Translations under genes and position numbers: made by a program
Part shown: positions 55,962-64,000 of the stretch, one piece after another
How positions within the stretch are numbered: position 1 is the stretch's first letter
Layout: every line of letters starts with the position of its first letter
Origin: an uncultured Actinomycetota bacterium
Lineage (GTDB): Bacteria; Actinomycetota; Actinomycetes; Propionibacteriales; Nocardioidaceae
Direction: 5' to 3'
DNA length: 64,000 nucleotides
Assembly: GCA_963812345.1 (NCBI GenBank)
Contig: CAWEVA010000023.1
Span: 70,216 to 134,215 of the forward strand
Notes under the pieces: generated by a model
What the model was told of the DNA's origin: nothing
What the model saw: the letters and a program-made list of their open reading frames with translations, nothing else
The model's database searches: none

Positions 55962-57366
55962 ATGCCATCCCACGAAGCCGGCTGGGCCCATGCCGACGGC
56001 GCCCTGAAGGGGCCGTCGTGGCTGCGCGAGCCCGCCGACCCCAACGCCCTGGTCCCGCACCTGTGGTCGACGACCGCGCGCAAGGTCGACGGCGTGCTCG
56101 AGGTCGGCGGCGTCGCGCTGCCGGACCTGGCCGCCGACCTCAACACCCCGGCGTACGTCCTGGACGAGGCCGACTTCCGGGCGCGGGCCCGCGCCTTCCG
56201 CGACGCGTTCGCGGCGTACGACGTCTTCTACGCCGGCAAGGCGTTCCTCTGCACCACGGTGGCCAACTGGATCGAGGAAGAGGGACTGAACCTCGACGTC
56301 TGCTCCACCGGTGAGCTGACCGTCGCCCTGCGCGCCGGCTTCCCGCCGGAGCGGATCGGCTACCACGGCAACAACAAGACCTACCCCGAGCTGCGCCGGG
56401 CGGTGGCCGCGGGCGTCGGCCGGATCATCATCGACTCCTTCGCGGAGGTCGACCGGCTGACCGAGATCACCGCCGACCTCGAGCGCAGCGTGGGCGTGAT
56501 GGTGCGGGTGACGGCGGGCGTCGAGGCCCACACCCACGAGTACATCGCGACCGCCCACGAGGACCAGAAGTTCGGCTTCAGCATCACCAGCGGCGACGCC
56601 CTGGAGGCCGTGCGCCGCGTCCTGGCCGCCGACGGGCTCGACCTGCTCGGCCTGCACAGCCACATCGGCAGCCAGATCTTCGACTCCTCCGGCTTCGAGG
56701 TGGCGGCCCGCCGGGTGCTCGCCCTGCACGCAACAGATCGGCGACGAGCTCGGCGTCACCCTGCCCGAGCTGGACCTCGGCGGCGGCTTCGGGATCGCCT
56801 ACACCACCCAGGACGACCCCTCCGACCCCTCGCAGCTGGCCACGGAGATCACCAAGATCGTCGAGCACGAGTGCCGCGCGCTCGACATCGACGTGCCCCG
56901 GCTGTCCATCGAGCCCGGCCGGGCGATCGCCGGCCCGGCCATGTGCACCCTCTACACCGTCGGCACGGTCAAGGAGGTGGCGCTGGACGGCGGCGCGCGG
57001 CGTACCTACGTCTCCGTGGACGGCGGGATGAGCGACAACATCCGCCCCGCGCTCTACGACGCCGACTTCTCCTGCACGCTCGCGTCCCGCGCCAGCTCGG
57101 CCCCTCCGGTCCTGTCCCGGGTGGTGGGCAAGCACTGCGAGGCCGGCGACATCGTGGTGAAGGACGAGTTCCTGCCCGGGGACCTGGCTCCCGGGGACCT
57201 GCTCGCCGTGCCGGGCACGGGTGCGTACTGTCGCTCCCTGGCCTCCAACTACAACCACGCGCTGCGGCCCCCGGTGGTCGCGGTGCGGGACGGCGGGACG
57301 CGGGTGCTGGTCCGCCGGGAGACTGAGGACGATCTGTTGGCGACGGACATGGGAGAGGTGCGGTGA
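55962..57366 (+). CDS. lysA: Diaminopimelate decarboxylase (frameshift near 56732)
   Basis: YAGKAF, HGNNK, HSHIGSQI, EPGRA, HCEAGD and GAYC motifs. Confidence 0.93.
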
Positions 57367-58670
57367 GTACTGGCAAGGCGCTGAAGGTCGCCGTGCTCGG
57401 CTGCGGGTCGGTCGGGTCGCAGGTGGTCCGGCTGCTCACCGAGCAGGCCGCCGACCTCCGCGCCCGGGTCGGTGCCCCGGTGGAGCTGGTCGGCATCGCC
57501 GTACGACGCCTCGACGCGCCCCGTGACGTGCAGATCGCCGACGGGCTGCTGACCACCGACGCCGAGGGACTCGTGGCGCGCGACGACGTCGACCTGGTGA
57601 TCGAGGTGATCGGCGGCATCGAGCCGGCCCGGTCGCTGATCCTGGCCGCGCTCGAGAACGGCGCCTCGGTGGTCACCGCCAACAAGGCGCTGCTGGCCGA
57701 GGACGGGCCCACCCTCTTCGAGGCGGCCGACAAGGCCGGACGCGACCTCTACTACGAGGCCGCCGTGGCCGGGGCCATCCCGATCCTGCGCCCGCTGCGC
57801 GAGTCGCTGGCCGGCGACCGGGTCACCCGGGTGCTCGGGCATCGTCAACGGCACCACCAACTACATCCTCGACAAGATGGACACCGCGGGCAGCGGCTTC
57901 TCCGAGGCGCTGGAGGAGGCCCAGGAGCTCGGCTACGCGGAGGCCGACCCGACCGCCGACGTCGAGGGCTTCGACGCAGCCGCGAAGGCCGCCATCCTCG
58001 CGTCGCTGGCCTTCCACTCCCGGGTGACCGCCGCCGACGTCCACCGCGAGGGCATCACGGACGTGACCGCCGCCGACATCGCCTCGGCCCAGGAGATGGG
58101 CTGCGTCGTGAAGCTGCTGTCGATCTGCGAGCTCCGGCCGACGGCCGGGGGAGACGACGCCGTGGCCGTCCGGGTCCACCCCGCGATGATCCCCCGCTCC
58201 CACCCGCTCGCCTCCGTGCGCGAGGCCTACAACGCGGTCTTCGTCGAGTCCGAGGCGGCCGGCCAGCTGATGTTCTACGGCCCCGGCGCCGGCGGCGCAC
58301 CCACGGCCTCGGCGGTGCTCGGCGACCTGGTCACGGTCGCGCGCAACCGGCTGGCCTCGACCCGCGGTGCCGGCGAGTCGGCGTACGCCGATCGTGCGGT
58401 GCTGCCGATGGGGGAGACCCTCACCCGCTACCACGTGGCCATGGACGTCGACGACCGCGCGGGCGTGCTCGCCGCGGTGGCCAACGCGTTCGCGGAGAAC
58501 GGCGTCTCGATCCAGACCGTCCGCCAGGAGGGCCGCGACGAGGACGCCCAGCTCGTGGTCGTCTCGCACCAGGCCACCGACGCCCAGCTCGTCGCCACCG
58601 TCGAGCTCCTGCGACCATGGAGTTCGTCCGGGAGGTCTCCTCGGTGATGCGGGTCGAGGCGGAAGCGCGA
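57363..58670 (+). CDS. hom: Homoserine dehydrogenase (frameshifts; 3' end approximate)
   Basis: [20 protein letters not shown] and [13 protein letters not shown] motifs, C-terminal ACT domain. Confidence 0.92.
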
Positions 58671-59749
58671 ATGGGAGCCGACGCAGGCCCTGCCAGTGGC
58701 GCGGGGTCATCGAGGAGTACCGCTCCCTGCTCGACATCCCGCAGGACACCGTGGCCGTCACGCTGGGGGAGGGCGGCACGCCCCTGGTGCGGTCGGAGTG
58801 GCTGTCGGGTCTCTCGCGGGCCGACGTGTGGCTCAAGGTCGAGGGCGACAACCCCACCGGGTCGTTCAAGGACCGCGGCATGACCACGGCGATCTCGGTC
58901 GCGGTCCGCGAAGGTGCGCGGGCCGTGGTCTGCGCCTCGACGGGCAACACCTCGGCCTCGATGGCGGCCTACGCGGCCCGGGCCGGGATCAAGCCCCTGG
59001 TGCTGGTGCCGCAGGGGAAGATCGCCACCGGCAAGATGACGCAGGCCATCCTGCACGGCGCGCAGATCATCATGGTGCGCGGCAACTTCGACCACTGCCT
59101 CGAGATGGCCAAGGGCCTCTCCTGGGACTACCCCGTCTCCCTGGTCAACTCGGTCAACCCGGTCCGGCTGCAGGGCCAGAAGACCGCGGCGTTCGAGATC
59201 GTCGACCAGCTCGGCGACGCCCCCGACTACCACCTGCTCCCGGTCGGCAACGCCGGCAACATCTCGGCGTACTGGATGGGCTACACCCAGTACGCCGACC
59301 TCGGCCGGGCGACCAAGAAGCCGGTGATGCGCGGGTTCCAGGCCGAGGGCGCGGCCCCACTGGTGACCGGAGAACCGTTCCCCGACCCCGAGACCCGGGC
59401 GACCGCCATCCGGGTCGGGAACCCCGCGTCCTGGAAGCTCGCCGAGGCCGCGCGCAACGAGTCGGGCGGCCGGTTCGCCGCGGTGAGCGACGGGCAGATC
59501 CTCGACGCCCAGCGCCAGCTCGCGGCCCGTGACGGTGTCTTCGTCGAGCCCGCCTCGGCCGCGGGGATCGCCGGCCTGCTCCAGGACCTCGGAGCAGGGG
59601 AGAGCTACGAAGGAGGCACCGTCGTGGTCACCGTGACCGGGCACGGGCTCAAGGACACCGACACCGCGCTCGAGGGCTTCGGCAGCGTCGTCGACAACGT
59701 GGTCGACGCCGACGTGGCCGCCGCCGCCCGGGCCGCCGGGCTCGCCTAG
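58671..59749 (+). CDS. thrC: Threonine synthase (5' end frameshifted)
   Basis: [32 protein letters not shown] and TGHGLKD motifs. Confidence 0.93.
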
Positions 59750-60654
59750 ATGTCCGACTTCGCCACGGGATCGGTGCGGGTCACGGTGCCCGCGACCTCC
59801 GCCAACCTCGGGCCCGGGTTCGACTCGCTCGGCCTCGCCCTGGACCTGCGCGACGAGCTGGTCGGCGAGGTGACCGGGTCCGGGCTCGAGGTCGAGGTGC
59901 GCGGCGTCTGCGCCGACGACGTACCCCGCGACGAGTCGCACCTGGTCGTGCGGGCGATGCGGGCCGCCTTCGAGGCCATGGACGTGTCACCTCCCGGGCT
60001 CCGACTCTCCTGCGACAACGCGATCCCGCACGGTCGCGGCCTCGGCTCGTCGGCCGCAGCCATCGTGGGCGGAGCCGCCCTCGCGCGCGCCCTGGTGGCG
60101 GACGGGGAGACTCTCCTCGACGACGACTCCCTGTTCCGGCTCGCGGCCGGGATCGAGGGACATCCCGACAACGTCGCGCCGGCGCTCCTGGGGGGCTTCG
60201 TCATCTCGGGGCGGGAGGGCGCGAACTTCTTCGCCCTCCCCTCCACCGTCGACAAGCGGATCAGCGTCGTCGTGTTCGTCCCGCCCGGAGCCGGTGTCCA
60301 CCGAAGTCGCCCGCGGCCTGCTGCCGGACCAGGTGTCGCACGCCGACGCGGCAGCGGACGCAGGTAGGACCGCCCTGCTCGTCGCCGCGCTCGCGCAACG
60401 GCCCGAGCACCTGTTCCTGGCCACGCGCGACTTCCTGCACCAGGACTTCCGCCGGGCAGCGATGCCCGACTCGCTGGCCCTGGTGGACCGCCTGCGCGCG
60501 GACGGCGTCGCCGCGACCGTCTCCGGGGCCGGGCCGACCGTGCTCGCGTTCACCGCGGCCTCGGCACACGGCGGCCGATCTGCTCGAGCGCTGCCCGCAG
60601 TCGTGGGAGGGCCTGCACCTCGAGATCGACCGGCTCGGCGTACGCGTCGGGTGA
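59750..60654 (+). CDS. thrB: Homoserine kinase (frameshifted)
   Basis: PATSANLGPGFD, GRGLGSS, EGHPDN and SGAGPT motifs. Confidence 0.92.
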
Positions 60655-60894
60655 CCGGACCCGCCCGCGGATCGGTGCTGCCGTACCGTCCGGGGCCGGG
60701 TGGTAGCCTGTGGGCGCGCCAGCCATTCCGGCGCTGCACCCATCGGTGCACAACCCTTCCTCTCCCTTGTGGTCGAGACCGCACCTGACCGACGTTCCCT
60801 TGCGGGAGCCCCGGTCGGGCAGGCGAGGAAGCAATGACCAGGACGCCGACGGCACTCAGCCGATGCGGCACTGAATACGTGGGAAGGACCTCAC

Positions 60895-62735
<1,841 letters not shown>

Positions 62736-62748
62736 CTCGACCAGGGAA

Positions 62749-62776
62749 GAGGCGGGCTGCGTGAGCGGCCCGCCTC
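62749..62776 (+). terminator. Hairpin downstream of rho
   Basis: GAGGCGGGC...GCCCGCCTC 9-bp stem with no U-tract. Confidence 0.5.
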
Positions 62777-62840
62777 CCCCCGTCCCGTTCGCGGGACCGC
62801 TAGTCTTCCGGCACGTTCCGCCGTTCGGGAAGGTAGGGCT

Positions 62841-63212
62841 GTGGCGAGGATCCTTGTCGCGGACGACGACGTCGACATCCGCGAGCTGATCGAGTTCAAG
62901 CTGTCGACCCTCGGACACGAGATCGTGGCGGTCAACGACGGAGCGGCGGCTGTCGACGCGTGCCGGGAGCACAAGCCCGACCTGGCGGTGCTCGACGTGA
63001 TGATGCCCGGCATGTCGGGGCTGGACGCGATCCGGGTGATCCGCAGCGACGAGGCGATGGCCGACATCCCGGTCATCCTGCTGACGGCCCGCGCCCAGGA
63101 GTCCGACGTCGAGACGGGGTTCGACTCGGGCGCCGACGACTACATCACCAAGCCCTTCAGCCCGCGCGAGCTCGCCTCGCGCGTCCAGGCGCTGCTGGCC
63201 CGACCTCGATGA
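62841..63212 (+). CDS. Single-domain response regulator (CheY-like)
   Basis: ILVADDD, LDVMMP, LTAR and KPF motifs. Confidence 0.92.
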   Translation: MARILVADDDVDIRELIEFKLSTLGHEIVAVNDGAAAVDACREHKPDLAVLDVMMPGMSGLDAIRVIRSDEAMADIPVILLTARAQESDVETGFDSGADDYITKPFSPRELASRVQALLARPR

Positions 63213-64000
63213 ACGTCGAGCGGGTCGCGCTCGTCTCGGCCCTCGTCCTGGTGGCGGCCTGCCTCGTCGCCACCGTGCTCCTGGTCCTGGCCCGGGTCCT
63301 CAAGGACCGCGCCGAGCTGCGCCGACAGCACGTCCGGTCGTCGGTGTGGCGGGTCGTGCTCGCCCTGGGCAGCGGCGAGGGGGAGGAGATCGACGAGGCG
63401 TACGCCGCCCTGCTCGACGCCACCCCGGCCCAGCGGAAGGCGGTCGAGAGCGACGCCTTCGCGCTGCTGCCCAAGCTGCGCGGTGACTCCCGCCAGCGCC
63501 TCAGCGAGGTGCTCCTGGCCTGGGGTGGCCTCGACCGGGCGACGCACTCCACGACCAGCCGTTCCGTCGTACGACGGTGCCGGGGCTACTACCGACTCGG
63601 TGTCCTGGCGGAGCCGGGTCGCCGCGACCAGGTCCTGCGCGGGCCTCGACGACCGCGACTTCATCGCGCGTCGCACGGCCATGCTGGCCCTGGGGTCGTT
63701 CCCGGATCCCGACGTCGTCGAGAAGATGCTCGACGCCACCGTCGGGGAGCCGAGGCTGCGCGGCGACTTCCTCGCGTCGATCGACCGCATCGGCCTGGTC
63801 GCGACGCCGATCCTGCGCGAGCACCTGGCGCTGGCGCTCGAGGGCGACGACGAGTCCGGTGCGCGTCGAGGCCAGCTGGCCGCCGAGGCCCTGGGACTCG
63901 TCGGTGCGATCGACTCCGTGGGCGCGCTCGAGGCGGCGCTGCCCGTTGCGCCGGACGAGTTCAGGATCGCCTGCATCAACGCGCTGGGCTCGCTCGGCTC
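63209..64000 (+). CDS. Membrane-anchored HEAT-repeat protein (partial, frameshift near 63640)
   Basis: N-terminal TM helix; repeated ALG/LG helical motifs (AMLALG, AAEALG, INALG); ATGA overlap with the response regulator gene. Confidence 0.72.
   Translation, partial: MNVERVALVSALVLVAACLVATVLLVLARVLKDRAELRRQHVRSSVWRVVLALGSGEGEEIDEAYAALLDATPAQRKAVESDAFALLPKLRGDSRQRLSEVLLAWGGLDRATHSTTSRSVVRRCRGYYRLGVLAEPGRRDQVLRGPRRPRLHRASHGHAGPGVVPGSRRRREDARRHRRGAEAARRLPRVDRPHRPGRDADPARAPGAGARGRRRVRCASRPAGRRGPGTRRCDRLRGRARGGAARCAGRVQDRLHQRAGLARL

Overview
High-GC actinobacterial chromosome, Nocardioides/Marmoricola-like by gene content and intergenic repeat style (inference). It is mostly core genome: an arginine deiminase cluster; hisN, rsgA and aroA; the conserved SRAP-sigR-rsrA-bL37...pdtaS-whiB1 block; an rsbW-sigF-type pair; sodN/sodX; kgd; tRNA-Arg(CCG); and argS-lysA-hom-thrC-thrB-rho. 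Accessory genes lie at about 4.5-9.5 kb and 40.9-54 kb (DUF222-HNH nuclease, large ATP-binding LuxR regulator, oxidoreductases). More than 20 genes, including essential ones, are broken by single-base insertions. This is best read as sequencing error, so these genes are given as reconstructed CDSs with approximate junctions. Signals not explained by the ORF track are: a 32-bp-phased 3+3 inverted repeat array; a dispersed REP-like family with a conserved one-sided tail, one nested copy and one pair bracketing a small cassette; a two-promoter sigR layout with an in-frame GTC/GTG extension; a near-perfect Rex-type operator at whiB1; a PafBC-type promoter at the HNH gene; and several unannotated small proteins. 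No CRISPR array, prophage or IS transposase was seen.
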